A stretch of 64,000 nucleotides of DNA. It comes from Polyangia bacterium. GTDB taxonomy: Bacteria > Myxococcota_A > Polyangia > Fen-1088. The stretch's first letter is position 1. Every line of letters starts with the position of its first letter. The position numbers and the translations under genes are program-made. Where the stretch lies: positions 54,244 through 118,243 of the forward strand of contig DATAVR010000099.1 of NCBI GenBank assembly GCA_036267635.1. The letters are read 5' to 3'. The notes beneath the pieces were generated by a model. It was given only the letters and a program-made list of their open reading frames with translations. It did not search any database and had not been told where the DNA came from. Positions 9,734-19,246 of this stretch are shown one piece after another.

Positions 9734-10414
9734 ATGCGCACAGTAAGCACCCTGGTTGGTCTGACGTTGGTCGCGCTCTCGGCCGGGGCCCGCGCGGACG
9801 ATCGCCCCCCCCCGGCTGCGCCCGTTCCGGCGGCCGAGGCGGCCGCCGTGGCGCCGGCCCCTGTCATGCTGGAGCTCCCGCCCTCGCCGCGCCAGCACTG
9901 GCTGGTCGGCCTCTCGTTCCTGCCGATGGGCGCCGGCAGGCTCACGATTCCGGTCGGCGCCATGGAGGTGACCTCGGACGCCTCGTTTGCCTACGGCTTC
10001 AGCCTGTCGGCGAGCTACCTCATCATCGGTGGCTTGAGCGTCGGCGTCGCACCGCAGGCGATCTACAACGTCCAAGACAAGGTGAACCCCAGCCAGCTGG
10101 CCGCCCCGCCGGCGGCCAAGGAATACGACCTGATGGCGCGGGTGGCCTACACCTTTCCGGTCGTGGAGACGATCGGGATCTATCTCGAGGCGCTGCCCGG
10201 GTACTCGCTCATCACGCTGGCCAAAACCGCCACCGCCAAGGGATTTGTCCTCGGCTTCGGCGGCGGCGTCGCCATGGCCGTCTCGGAGCGCACCTTCGCC
10301 AATCTGGGAGTCGGCTATCAGATCGGCTTTCAGTCGATCTCCAACGGCGCCATGAACGTGGATGACCGGTCCAGATACCTTCGCGTGGAGCTGGGCGGCG
10401 GGGTGAAGTTCTAG
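9734..10414 (+). CDS. Small outer-membrane beta-barrel protein (OmpW / OmpA-barrel-like).
   Basis: The signal peptide is MRTVSTLVGLTLVALSAGARA. A Pro/Ala-rich segment follows. The beta-barrel-like body ends in ...LGGGVKF, a C-terminal Phe. Confidence 0.65.
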   Translation: MRTVSTLVGLTLVALSAGARADDRPPPAAPVPAAEAAAVAPAPVMLELPPSPRQHWLVGLSFLPMGAGRLTIPVGAMEVTSDASFAYGFSLSASYLIIGGLSVGVAPQAIYNVQDKVNPSQLAAPPAAKEYDLMARVAYTFPVVETIGIYLEALPGYSLITLAKTATAKGFVLGFGGGVAMAVSERTFANLGVGYQIGFQSISNGAMNVDDRSRYLRVELGGGVKF

Positions 10415-10468
10415 CGCCCCACTGTTTGACACTCCTTCCAGGAGGCGTGTCGGGTTGGCACAAGCTTC

Positions 10469-12106
10469 GTGTCCCATCGTAACGTCGCAACTGTCGTCCT
10501 TTTGCAATTTACCGCCCTCGTTGTCGTTTGCCTGCTCGTCGGAGACAACGGATGGGACGACGGCGCGATCACTCTGGCCTTTTCCAGGACCTTTGCGCGC
10601 TACGGCCGGATCGCGCTCACGCCGCGCTCTCAAATCGTCGAGGGTTTCTCCTCTGTCTCGTGGTTCCTGCTCAATTCAGCGGCGGCACTGGCCAGGCTGT
10701 CGTACCGCTCGGCGATCGCCGTCGCTCAGGTTCTTTCGGCGCTCTGCATCTGCGCCTCCACGGTGTTGCTGGCCAGGACCTGCGCCCTCCTTCGATTCGA
10801 CCGGCTCTTCGCCACGCTGACCGTGGTCTCCTTTGCGGCCTGGGGCTGCTCCTTCTCAGAGGCCAGCAACGGAATGGAGATGGGCCTCTTGGCCGCGGCC
10901 TTTCTGGTGATGGTCAACGAGCTGCTTTCGCCACGGCCGCGGATGTTCTGGTTGGGGGCCGGCGTCGTCCTGGCCGTGACGACACGCTTCGAGGCGGCGC
11001 TCCCCGTCGCGCTGCTTGCCGGGAGCGTCTTCTCCGTTCCAGGGCGCCGAGCCTTCCGGGTGCTGGCCTCGACCTGCCTGGGCACCGTCCTCCTGCTGTC
11101 CCTCTGGCGGCTCGCCGTTTTCTCGGACGTTCTACCCAACACGTTTTGGGCGAAGCGGTGGCCGCCTTATGCGGCGTTCGGTCTCGCGGACCGGCTGACC
11201 GGCGCCTTGGAGTTACCGGCCTTCTTCCTTTTGCCGCTCCTGGCGGCCGCGATCGCGCGACGCCTGGGTTTCAACCTCGCCGGCGCGCTGCGGCCCCGCC
11301 GCCACGCTTTGATGATTCTCGCTGGTCCGATCTGGGGAGCCATGCTGATCGGCGGTCTGATCGGGAAACACTGGGGCTACCACGGACGAATGCCGTATTT
11401 CGCCTTCCCGCTGGCGTTGTGTCTCTGTTCGCTCGCGCTCTCGTCCTGGGTGGACGCCAAGCGGACCGGGCTTCGGGTCGTGGTTGCGACTGGTCTGTGC
11501 GTCCTCACGGTCGCCGTGTCGATGATCGGGTTCCCCACAGGCTCGCTGAGCGCCGCCTTCGAGGGAGGCGCCTTCGGCGTCACGCCTCACACCTATGCGG
11601 AATCCGGTCGGGTCTTCCGGAGGTTCACCTCCGCCGCCGGGCTGCAACAGGCGACCATTCTCACCGCGGACGTCGGGGGCCTCGCGCTCTGTTGTGACGA
11701 GCTCGCCATCGTCGACCTCGGTTTCCTCTCCAATCGCCAGCTGGCTCACCAGGGGCCCGGGGCGCTGGCAGAGGTCCTCGAAGCCGAGTCGCCCGAGCTC
11801 GTCGAGGCGCACTGGGAATGGGCCGCCGCAGGGAAGCTGTACGACTTGCCCTACTTCCGCGCTCGCTACCGGCCGGCGTTTGCCGGCAGAACCAAACTGT
11901 GGATTCGACGCGACGTCGCCGGCGCCATTGAACGCGCCGGACGGGGATGCAGCGTGGCCGTGGAGAGAGAGGACGTTCGAGAGGCGCTGCACACCCATCG
12001 CTACGCAGGTCACGACTTGCCTGAGGACCGAAGAAGCTTCGAGGCCTCGGGGATCATCCTCACTCTCAACGAGGGCGGGTCACTCGCCGGGAACCCATGC
12101 GAGTAG
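10469..12106 (+). CDS. Polytopic inner-membrane protein, a possible GT-C-fold glycosyltransferase (about 10 transmembrane helices plus a C-terminal soluble domain).
   Basis: The 545-aa ORF has multiple hydrophobic helices (LLQFTALVVVCLLVG, LLAAAFLVMVNELL, FFLLPLLAAAIARRL, and others). A soluble C-terminal domain of about 130 aa follows. It sits next to GT-C genes. Confidence 0.45.
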   Translation: MSHRNVATVVLLQFTALVVVCLLVGDNGWDDGAITLAFSRTFARYGRIALTPRSQIVEGFSSVSWFLLNSAAALARLSYRSAIAVAQVLSALCICASTVLLARTCALLRFDRLFATLTVVSFAAWGCSFSEASNGMEMGLLAAAFLVMVNELLSPRPRMFWLGAGVVLAVTTRFEAALPVALLAGSVFSVPGRRAFRVLASTCLGTVLLLSLWRLAVFSDVLPNTFWAKRWPPYAAFGLADRLTGALELPAFFLLPLLAAAIARRLGFNLAGALRPRRHALMILAGPIWGAMLIGGLIGKHWGYHGRMPYFAFPLALCLCSLALSSWVDAKRTGLRVVVATGLCVLTVAVSMIGFPTGSLSAAFEGGAFGVTPHTYAESGRVFRRFTSAAGLQQATILTADVGGLALCCDELAIVDLGFLSNRQLAHQGPGALAEVLEAESPELVEAHWEWAAAGKLYDLPYFRARYRPAFAGRTKLWIRRDVAGAIERAGRGCSVAVEREDVREALHTHRYAGHDLPEDRRSFEASGIILTLNEGGSLAGNPCE

Positions 12107-12108
12107 CC

Positions 12109-13653
12109 TCACGGATTGGCCGGATGGGTCTGAACCGGAAAGTAGAACAGCCCGTCGTGGGTTGCGTAGTTGCTCCGGACGAAGCGCAGGAAACGAGGCC
12201 CGAGGGCAATCAGCTCGACGTCCAGCGCAATGAGCGCAGGTTTGACCTTCCCGCTTTCCAGCGCGCCCAAATAGGCGTCCTTGTCACTCTCGGAGAGCAT
12301 GGCCAGCAGCTCTCCATGCATGAAGAAGTAATAGAGCGGATGCGGACGAAATACGTCGGTCCCCAGCCAGCCGTCCAGCACCGGGTCGGTCGGTCCGGTG
12401 TGCTCGAAGACATAGCGCAGCCTCGCCGCCTGTCGGTCGTCTCGCCGGGTAAAGACCGACCTGGCCAGATCGACCACCGGCCATACGGAGAGCAGCAGAA
12501 TCGCCCAGACGAGCAAGCGCGCGGCGCGCCCGCGATCTTGCACCAATCCTGCCAGGAAGGAGAGGCCCTGCCCGGCAAGCAGGCAGGCGATCGTGAGCGG
12601 CATGAGGTAATACTGTCGATACAGGGCCGGCACGATCGGAACTCCGGCGATGAGCCCGCCCAGGATGCAGAGCAGCAGGAGATCGCCGTGGCGGCGCGCC
12701 CTGGACGCTCCGACGATCGAGAAGAGCAGCATGGGCCAACTGGTCGCCAGCGTCACCAGGAGGTGTCTGTCCGAACGCAACCGCCACCTCGCGTTGAGGA
12801 GGAAGTTGTTGTAAATGAATTGATTGCCGACCCCGTTAGCGGCGAAACCGATCCAGGTGACGACCGCTGGAATGGCGACGCCCGCGAAGACGGCCAGCAG
12901 GGCGCGCACCCGGGCGGTCAACAGCCGCCGACGGCCGGCCAACGCCCAGAGCCCGAGGCCCAGGAACGCACCGGGAAGAACGAAGAGCACCTTCTGGGTG
13001 CACATGATTGCGGCCCCGAGGCAGAGGCCGCCGCCCAGAAACCAGCCCAGGCTCGGCGTCGCCGACTCCTCACCCTCGAGGAGCGCGCGCAGAAGAAACC
13101 AGAGTGCGCCAATGAAGAACAGAAGCGCGGGCACGTCGGGGCGGATCTCCAGGGTCTTCTGGATAATGACGGGCTGCCCCACGAAGAAGAACGCGGCCAG
13201 GAGGCCCACTCTGCGATTGGCCACCAGGCGCCCGAGGCGGAAGACCAGAGCCGCGCAGAGCGCGCTCAACACGAACGAGAGGACACGACCGAAGATCAGG
13301 AAGCGCCGGGCAGATTCGAAGGACTGATCGACCGCGAAGCAATGAAAGAACGGCGAGAGCGCGAAGTAGTACCAGGGCGTGTGATGCTCGAAGAAGTCCC
13401 GGTAGGGAAGCAGCCCCTTGAACAGGCTCCAGGCCGCGTGGGAATGCTCGAGCTCGTCGGGATCGAAGAACCGAACGGGAATCGCCGGGAGGCGGGCGAT
13501 CAAGAGACCGACGGTCGCCACCAGCAGAAACGTATCCAGGCGCGATCCGGTCTCTCCGCGCGAGGGCGTGCCACGAACTGCCGCAGTTGGCCGTCCGTCG
13601 TCATCGAGGTGCATTGCGGGTCGTTTTTTACATCGGACCGCCATCGGACGCAC
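12109..13653 (-). CDS. GT-C-fold glycosyltransferase of the PMT / ArnT type (GT39/GT83-like, polyprenyl-phosphate-sugar dependent).
   Basis: The 514-aa ORF has the first-loop acidic motif FFDPDELEHSHAAWSLFKG (the DE motif). About 11 transmembrane helices and a C-terminal periplasmic domain follow. Confidence 0.65.
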   Translation of the reverse strand: MRPMAVRCKKRPAMHLDDDGRPTAAVRGTPSRGETGSRLDTFLLVATVGLLIARLPAIPVRFFDPDELEHSHAAWSLFKGLLPYRDFFEHHTPWYYFALSPFFHCFAVDQSFESARRFLIFGRVLSFVLSALCAALVFRLGRLVANRRVGLLAAFFFVGQPVIIQKTLEIRPDVPALLFFIGALWFLLRALLEGEESATPSLGWFLGGGLCLGAAIMCTQKVLFVLPGAFLGLGLWALAGRRRLLTARVRALLAVFAGVAIPAVVTWIGFAANGVGNQFIYNNFLLNARWRLRSDRHLLVTLATSWPMLLFSIVGASRARRHGDLLLLCILGGLIAGVPIVPALYRQYYLMPLTIACLLAGQGLSFLAGLVQDRGRAARLLVWAILLLSVWPVVDLARSVFTRRDDRQAARLRYVFEHTGPTDPVLDGWLGTDVFRPHPLYYFFMHGELLAMLSESDKDAYLGALESGKVKPALIALDVELIALGPRFLRFVRSNYATHDGLFYFPVQTHPANP

Positions 13654-13712
13654 CCGTTCGAGGCGGTCCCAACCGACGGTGGCCGGGTGACCGGTCGAGG
13701 TAGATTCCCCTC

Positions 13713-15380
13713 GTGAGCGACAGCCCGCGCACGGCGCTTGCAGCGGCCGCTCCGGCGACGCCCCGTGATCCGGTGGGCGCCCTCGCCGGTCTCACCGACA
13801 CGCGCTTGACCCTGTTCGTCGCGGCGGCGTTGTTCGCCTTGGCCGCCTGGCCACTGCTGCTGGTGAGCCTGCCGCCTTTTCAAGATCTCCCGAATCACGT
13901 GGCCACCGCGCACATCGTGGCGCATCCCGACCTCTATCCTCAATTCGCCTTCAACGGCCTCCTCAAATCGAATTGCCTGCTCACGCTCTGGTTCTGCGTC
14001 TTCGGCGGTCACGGCCTGTTCGGAGCCGCCCGGGCCTTCACCGCCTTGGTCTTGGCCGCGAATGCGCTCGCCCTCCCTCTGTTCGTGCTTCGGTTTTCCG
14101 GCCGGCCCCACCTGCCCGTCGCGGCGCTCTTTGTGTGGCCCCTGGTGCACAGCTTTTCGGTCTCCATGGGATTTCTGAATTTCGCGTTCGCCTTTGCGCT
14201 GTCGTTGATCTTGTTGACGGTGATCGACCGACAGCGGGAGCACCCGACCCAAGGACGTGCCTGGGGAATCGCCGCCCTCTCGGTGGTGATCTGGTACGCG
14301 CATCCGTTCCCGTTGGCGGTGGTGGGCGCGCTGGTCGCGTTGCACGCCGCGAGCCGCGCCACCTGGCCGGCGCGAATCACGGCCGGGCTCACCCTGCTGC
14401 TGCCTCTCGCTCCGGCGGGGATCTTGTCCCTGCTCTCGGCACAGCGGCACCTCATCAAGACGGAGCATTCTTCGGCGGCGGCCGCCACGTTCCTCTACCT
14501 CAACCCGTGGGAAACGGCCGAGCACCTCTGGCTCGACGTCTCGGGCGCTCTCACCCGCTGGGGCGGCATGACGGTCATTCCGGCGCTGCTGTTGCCGTAC
14601 TTCGCCTGGAGGCAACGGCGGGTGGCCCGCCCTTTCCTGTCGGCTCCCGCAATGGCGATCCTCGCCGCCGCCTACTTCGCCCTGCCGGTGATGCTGAGCA
14701 ATTGGAATTACCTCAACTGTCGGTTGGTGCCGTTCTTGTGGGTCGGGCTGGCATTGCGGCTCCCCAACAATCTGCCACGGCCGGTGGTGGTCGTGCTGGC
14801 GGTTTGCGCGCTCGCGTTTTCGGCGATCCTGGGCGTCGACTACCTCAGGCTGGACCGTGACCGGGCCGAGTTCACCGCCGGAATTGACGCCGTACCGGAG
14901 GGGGCCACGTTGCTTCCCTTGATGTTCCAGCGGCGCAAGACCAGTTATTTCACCGCCAGCCTGACCCACGCCTGGGGTTACTACACGGTCGCCAAAGACA
15001 CCTCGGCGCCGCTGGTGTTCGGGGTGGAACGCTCCTACCCCATCACCTACCGCGAGTTTCCGCCGCGCAAGCTGATCCCGCCCGCCCTCGATCGATTCGC
15101 CGAGCGCTACGGAGCTCCCGCCCAGGTGTGCAAAATGCTCGGCCAGGCCCCGGCCGACGCGGCCTGTACCGCGGCCTGGCGTGAGCTCTGGGCTGGTTTC
15201 TGGCAGGAGGCAGAGCCCCGCTTCAGCCATTTGCTCACCTGGGCCATTCCACCCGAAGCGCGATCGATGATTCCCGGGCGTTTCCATCGCGTCTTCGCCG
15301 CCGGCGCGCTAGAGATCTACGCGCGAGAGGCTTCGGCGGCCTCGTCTACCCGGCAATTGGAGGGGAGGGCCGCAATGTGA
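13713..15380 (+). CDS. Polytopic membrane protein with a C-terminal soluble domain (GT-C-like, family unassigned).
   Basis: The 555-aa ORF has at least nine hydrophobic helices in the first ~370 aa. A C-terminal hydrophilic domain of about 170 aa follows. It is co-directional with, and immediately upstream of, the GT4 gene. Confidence 0.45.
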   Translation: MSDSPRTALAAAAPATPRDPVGALAGLTDTRLTLFVAAALFALAAWPLLLVSLPPFQDLPNHVATAHIVAHPDLYPQFAFNGLLKSNCLLTLWFCVFGGHGLFGAARAFTALVLAANALALPLFVLRFSGRPHLPVAALFVWPLVHSFSVSMGFLNFAFAFALSLILLTVIDRQREHPTQGRAWGIAALSVVIWYAHPFPLAVVGALVALHAASRATWPARITAGLTLLLPLAPAGILSLLSAQRHLIKTEHSSAAAATFLYLNPWETAEHLWLDVSGALTRWGGMTVIPALLLPYFAWRQRRVARPFLSAPAMAILAAAYFALPVMLSNWNYLNCRLVPFLWVGLALRLPNNLPRPVVVVLAVCALAFSAILGVDYLRLDRDRAEFTAGIDAVPEGATLLPLMFQRRKTSYFTASLTHAWGYYTVAKDTSAPLVFGVERSYPITYREFPPRKLIPPALDRFAERYGAPAQVCKMLGQAPADAACTAAWRELWAGFWQEAEPRFSHLLTWAIPPEARSMIPGRFHRVFAAGALEIYAREASAASSTRQLEGRAAM

Positions 15381-15477
15381 ACGCAACCAGTGATCCGCGC
15401 GTTATGGACGCGTCAAAATGTGGACATTTGCGTCGAGCTCGACCGCTTGACCAGCATGAAGTGCTGAGGTAACCGCC

Positions 15478-16656
15478 ATGGATCCAATGCGTCGTCTGCG
15501 CGTCGGTATCGTAGCCGAGAGCTACTACCCAACCCTGGGAGGCATTCAGGAGCACGTGCGCCATCTGCGCAACCTCCTCCGGCGACAGGGCGTGGAGGTC
15601 ACGATTCTGACCGGACGTCCGACCGCCTCGGCCGGGTCGGCCGTGCTTGGGCCCGAAGACGCCGACCAGGACGTGATTCGGGTCGGGCGCGCCCGCACCT
15701 ACCGCACCGGCGGGACCTTCAGCCAGGCGACGATCGGCCCACGGGTCGCCTACAACTTCCATCGCGCCCTCCGCCAGGGGCAGTTCGATCTCCTCAACAT
15801 TCACGGGCCCTGCGACTTCGGCCTGGCGTTCCTGGCGCTCGCCATGTTTCGCGGGCCCAAGGTCTTGACGCTGCACAACGCCAGCTTTCCCGACGCGCGT
15901 TGGCGACATCGCGTGGCACCCTACTACCGCTGGGTTTTCCGTCGAGCCGCCGCGGTCATCGCCGTTTCCGAGGCGACCGCACAATCGATGGGTCGCTATG
16001 CCGACTTCCAATCGACCATCATTCCCAACGGCATCGACGTCCCCTACTGGCGCTCGCGCCCGAGCGCCGCGCGCGTTCACCCCGGAACGCGGAACCTCGT
16101 CTATCTCGGGCGGCTCGAGCAGCGCAACGGACCGGAAATAGCAATCGAGGCGTTCAGCCGCATCGCCTCCTCATTGCCGGACGTCCGACTGGTCGTGGCC
16201 GGCGACGGCCCCATGCGGCCTGCTCTGCAGGCGCAGGTACCGCCGCACCTGCGGGCGCGCGTCGATTTCCTCGGCGCCGTCTACGACCAGCGCCCGGAGA
16301 TCCTGGCCTCGTCGTCGGTGTTCCTGCTGCCGGCGCGCGCGGTCGGATTTTCAATCATGGTGCTGGAGGCTTTTGCCGCCGGCCTACCGGTGGTGGCGCT
16401 TCCCGCGCTCGGCGCAGATCGCGCGGGCGATCATTGGTCGAACGTCATCATGACCAAGGAGAACAGCGCCTCGGCGTTCGCCGATGCCGTGTTCGACACG
16501 CTCCGGCAGGATCAGGGCGCGCGCATCGCGCGCGGGCGAGCCATCGCCGAGGCGTTCGACTGGCAGAAGATCGGTGGTCGAATCCTCGACGTCTTCCACC
16601 GCGTCGCTGGGACGCCCACCGAGCGAGCGATCTCCCGCTCGAAGGCCGCGGCGTAG
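15478..16656 (+). CDS. GT4-family glycosyltransferase (GT-B fold, PimA/PimB-like).
   Basis: The sequence reads MDPMRRLRVGIVAESYYPTLGGIQEHV... and then VLEAFAAGLPVVA (the EX7E motif region). The N- and C-terminal Rossmann halves are typical of GT4. Confidence 0.8.
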   Translation: MDPMRRLRVGIVAESYYPTLGGIQEHVRHLRNLLRRQGVEVTILTGRPTASAGSAVLGPEDADQDVIRVGRARTYRTGGTFSQATIGPRVAYNFHRALRQGQFDLLNIHGPCDFGLAFLALAMFRGPKVLTLHNASFPDARWRHRVAPYYRWVFRRAAAVIAVSEATAQSMGRYADFQSTIIPNGIDVPYWRSRPSAARVHPGTRNLVYLGRLEQRNGPEIAIEAFSRIASSLPDVRLVVAGDGPMRPALQAQVPPHLRARVDFLGAVYDQRPEILASSSVFLLPARAVGFSIMVLEAFAAGLPVVALPALGADRAGDHWSNVIMTKENSASAFADAVFDTLRQDQGARIARGRAIAEAFDWQKIGGRILDVFHRVAGTPTERAISRSKAAA

Positions 16657-16696
16657 ACGCGCATGGGCCCGAGGCGCGCGCAGGGATGAATCGCCC

Positions 16697-17629
16697 GTGA
16701 AGCACCGCGCCTGGAAGACCGCCCTGCGCTCGCTTCCGCTCCTCTTGCTGGGCGTCGTTCTGTGGCGCGAGAAGCCCTGGACAGTCCGACTCTCGCCGAA
16801 CGCTCCCTGGGCGGTGGCGGCGGCCGTCCTGCTGAACTTCGCAGTTTTTCTACCGCTCAAGGCGGCCCGCTGGCGGGTGGTCTTGAGAGATCCGCCGCCC
16901 TTCCGCAGGGTGTGGGCCGCGACGATCGAAGGCCTGCTGGCCAACGCCGCCCTGGGGTTCGGCAGCGGAGACGTGGTTCGCGCAGCCCGTTTGCGGGAAG
17001 AGGGAGCCCAGCTGGCGGTCGACTACGGTTGCATCTGGGCGGAGCGCGGCGCCGAGCTGCTCGCTTTCGCCGTCCTGATCTTCATCACCGCGTTGGCGAC
17101 GAAGCTCGGGACTTTCGGCTTCGGTCTCTCCGGCCTGGCCACCGCGGCCTATGCCGCGCTGCTGGGCGCCGGCCGCTTTCTCGTCCCCCGTTTGGGCCGC
17201 TGGCCACGGGTGCAGCGGGCGCTGTCGTCGGGGTTGCAGGCCTCCACACCTCGGCGGGTGACGGCGATGGTTGCGCTCTCCCTGCTCGGGTGGTCGAGCG
17301 AGATCGTGATGCTGGTGCTGTTCCAGGGCGCCTTTCATCTGGCGCCCAGCTTCGGCATGGCTCTCCTGACCCTGGTGGGCATCAACGCCGCCATCGCCAT
17401 TCCGACCCTGCCGGGAAATTTTGGGACCTACGAGGCCGGCGCCACGACGGCGCTGGTCATGTCAGGCGCACCGCGCGAGGTGGCCGTCTCTTACGCTCTC
17501 GTCTTTCACCTGACCCACGTAATCCCGGTCGCCGTGGTGGCGACGGTGGTCTATCTCGTCCGCTCTCACGGCCGCTCCGCCAACCGCCGATACAAGACCA
17601 CGCCCGCGCGAACCTCCGCCGGCCGATAG
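16697..17629 (+). CDS. UPF0104 membrane protein resembling the lysyl-phosphatidylglycerol-synthase transmembrane region (a 'flippase-like' domain).
   Basis: I put the start at the in-frame GTG after the GT4 stop. The upstream track ORF overlaps GT4. There are about eight transmembrane helices. The conserved motif RAARLREEG... reads like the LPG_synthase_TM family. This family often accompanies glycosyltransferases. Confidence 0.55.
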   Translation: MKHRAWKTALRSLPLLLLGVVLWREKPWTVRLSPNAPWAVAAAVLLNFAVFLPLKAARWRVVLRDPPPFRRVWAATIEGLLANAALGFGSGDVVRAARLREEGAQLAVDYGCIWAERGAELLAFAVLIFITALATKLGTFGFGLSGLATAAYAALLGAGRFLVPRLGRWPRVQRALSSGLQASTPRRVTAMVALSLLGWSSEIVMLVLFQGAFHLAPSFGMALLTLVGINAAIAIPTLPGNFGTYEAGATTALVMSGAPREVAVSYALVFHLTHVIPVAVVATVVYLVRSHGRSANRRYKTTPARTSAGR

Positions 17630-19218
17630 TGCGCGTCGACGTAGGCGCGCAGGCGCGGGTATCGCGCCAGCGGATATTTTTGGTAGCCGTCCCAGCCGGC
17701 GGCGGCGGCGTCGACGAACAGCACCGGGCGACGTCGTTCGAGGTCGGCGAACAACATCTCCCAGGCTGCCGGCAATTGATTGGCGTCGGCGTTCCGCGCC
17801 CCGGTCTCGGTGGGTGTCCCCGGGCTCTCGCCGGTCAGGTAGTTGCAGAACGAAAACCGCGCGCCCATCGGGCGCCGCGCCAACACGTAAAGCTGCGGGG
17901 AGTTTCCCCACACGAAGACGCGTTCGTCGACGGCGGTCAGGTCGGCGATGCGGGCCGCGACCTCGCGGTAGCTCGGCTCACCTTCGTCCAGCGCGGCGGC
18001 GAGTGGTCTGCCGACGGTCGCCAGCAGAAAGAAAAGCAGAGCCGGCAGCGCGCAGAGCACCACCAGGGGCGCCCGATACGACCAGCCCTTGCTCCAGAGC
18101 CGACAGAAACCGGGCGCGGCCAGCAGGCAGAGCGGCGCCAGGATCAGGTGGAAGTAGTGCCCGAAGAAACGACCGCCGGCCGTCACGGAGACGGTCGAGG
18201 TCACCAGCCAGAGCAGGCCCAACACCACCGACGGTGAAGGCTGGTCGGTATCGACCGCAGGCGCTCCGGCGAGCCGGCGGCGTATCGCCCGAACGACCCT
18301 CGTCGCCGCCGAGAGCGCGGCCGAGAGGCCGAGGGCGTAGGGAACGAGGGCCACCCCGCCGATGAGCGCCGTTCGGCGCACGCCGCGCGCAATGGCCGCG
18401 AGCCCGGTCAGGCCAGCCTGGAGGTACGAAAAGTTGAACTTGAACCAATAGATCGCGGCCGCGGCGTTGCCGGCGCCGCGGCACCACAAAAGGTAGAGCG
18501 CGGGCGGAAGCAGGGCCCCGGCGATCTGACAGAGCGCCATGGCCACGGCCCACCTCGCCGACGCCCGTCCGAGGATCACCCACCAGACGAGGAGACCGAT
18601 CGAAGCGCCGAGGAAACTGAGCCCCTGATACTTGAACAGGGCCGAGGTTCCAATCAGCACGCCGACCACCAGCTGGGTCGCCCATCCGCGCGCGCCGTGA
18701 GGCAGCGCTTCGTCGACGCCAAGATCTCGCAGACCAAGATCTCGCAATAGCAGCCAGGCGGCGATCGCCTGGGGCGCCAGCAGGAACAGCTCGCAATTCG
18801 CCGCCAGCGCGTCGTAGTCGTGCCAGGTCGTCCCGAAAACCAAAAACAGTCCGGCCGACGCCAGGGCTATGCCTCCGGAAGGCCCGGCGCCCGGGGCGGC
18901 CCCGGCCCCCTCGCGCCACTTGATGGCAAAGAGAAATCCCGCCGTGAGCAGCACCGCCAGGATGACCAGCGCATGAGCCCCCTGCGTGTTGTACGGCCCG
19001 AGGGCCGCGAAGCCGGCCTGATAGACGTGATAGATGAGCGGCGGTTTGTGATCGACGACGTCGCGGTAGAGCAGATCGCCGCGCATCAACGCGTCGGCGG
19101 TCGTCGCGTAGATCGCTTCGTCGTCAGAGAGAAGCGGTCGACCAAAGGTCGGCACGCGCAGGAAAACCCCCAAAACGAAGGTCGCCAGCACGAACGCCTT
19201 GAACGTCCGCATGGGCAT
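17566..19218 (-). CDS. GT-C glycosyltransferase, ArnT/PMT-like (GT83/GT39).
   Basis: The sequence reads MPMRTFKAFVLATFVLGVF...RPLLSDDEAIYATTADALMRG. This places the DE motif in the first periplasmic loop. About 12 transmembrane helices and a C-terminal periplasmic domain follow. The gene is divergent from the GT2 gene. Confidence 0.65.
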   Translation of the reverse strand: MPMRTFKAFVLATFVLGVFLRVPTFGRPLLSDDEAIYATTADALMRGDLLYRDVVDHKPPLIYHVYQAGFAALGPYNTQGAHALVILAVLLTAGFLFAIKWREGAGAAPGAGPSGGIALASAGLFLVFGTTWHDYDALAANCELFLLAPQAIAAWLLLRDLGLRDLGVDEALPHGARGWATQLVVGVLIGTSALFKYQGLSFLGASIGLLVWWVILGRASARWAVAMALCQIAGALLPPALYLLWCRGAGNAAAAIYWFKFNFSYLQAGLTGLAAIARGVRRTALIGGVALVPYALGLSAALSAATRVVRAIRRRLAGAPAVDTDQPSPSVVLGLLWLVTSTVSVTAGGRFFGHYFHLILAPLCLLAAPGFCRLWSKGWSYRAPLVVLCALPALLFFLLATVGRPLAAALDEGEPSYREVAARIADLTAVDERVFVWGNSPQLYVLARRPMGARFSFCNYLTGESPGTPTETGARNADANQLPAAWEMLFADLERRRPVLFVDAAAAGWDGYQKYPLARYPRLRAYVDAHYRPAEVRAGVVLYRRLAERP

Positions 19219-19246
19219 GGAGCGCGATGATATACAGGGGAAGTCG

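Noticed and set aside
12097-13716. 539-aa ORF on the plus strand.
   Set aside because: It is antisense to the GT-C gene and consists of charged low-complexity sequence.
13500-15287. 595-aa ORF on the minus strand.
   Set aside because: It is antisense to the polytopic membrane protein gene and is Arg/Gly/Glu-rich.
16484-16696. N-terminal extension of the UPF0104 ORF.
   Set aside because: It overlaps the 3' end of the GT4 gene in another frame. The first plausible start after the GT4 stop is the GTG at 16697.
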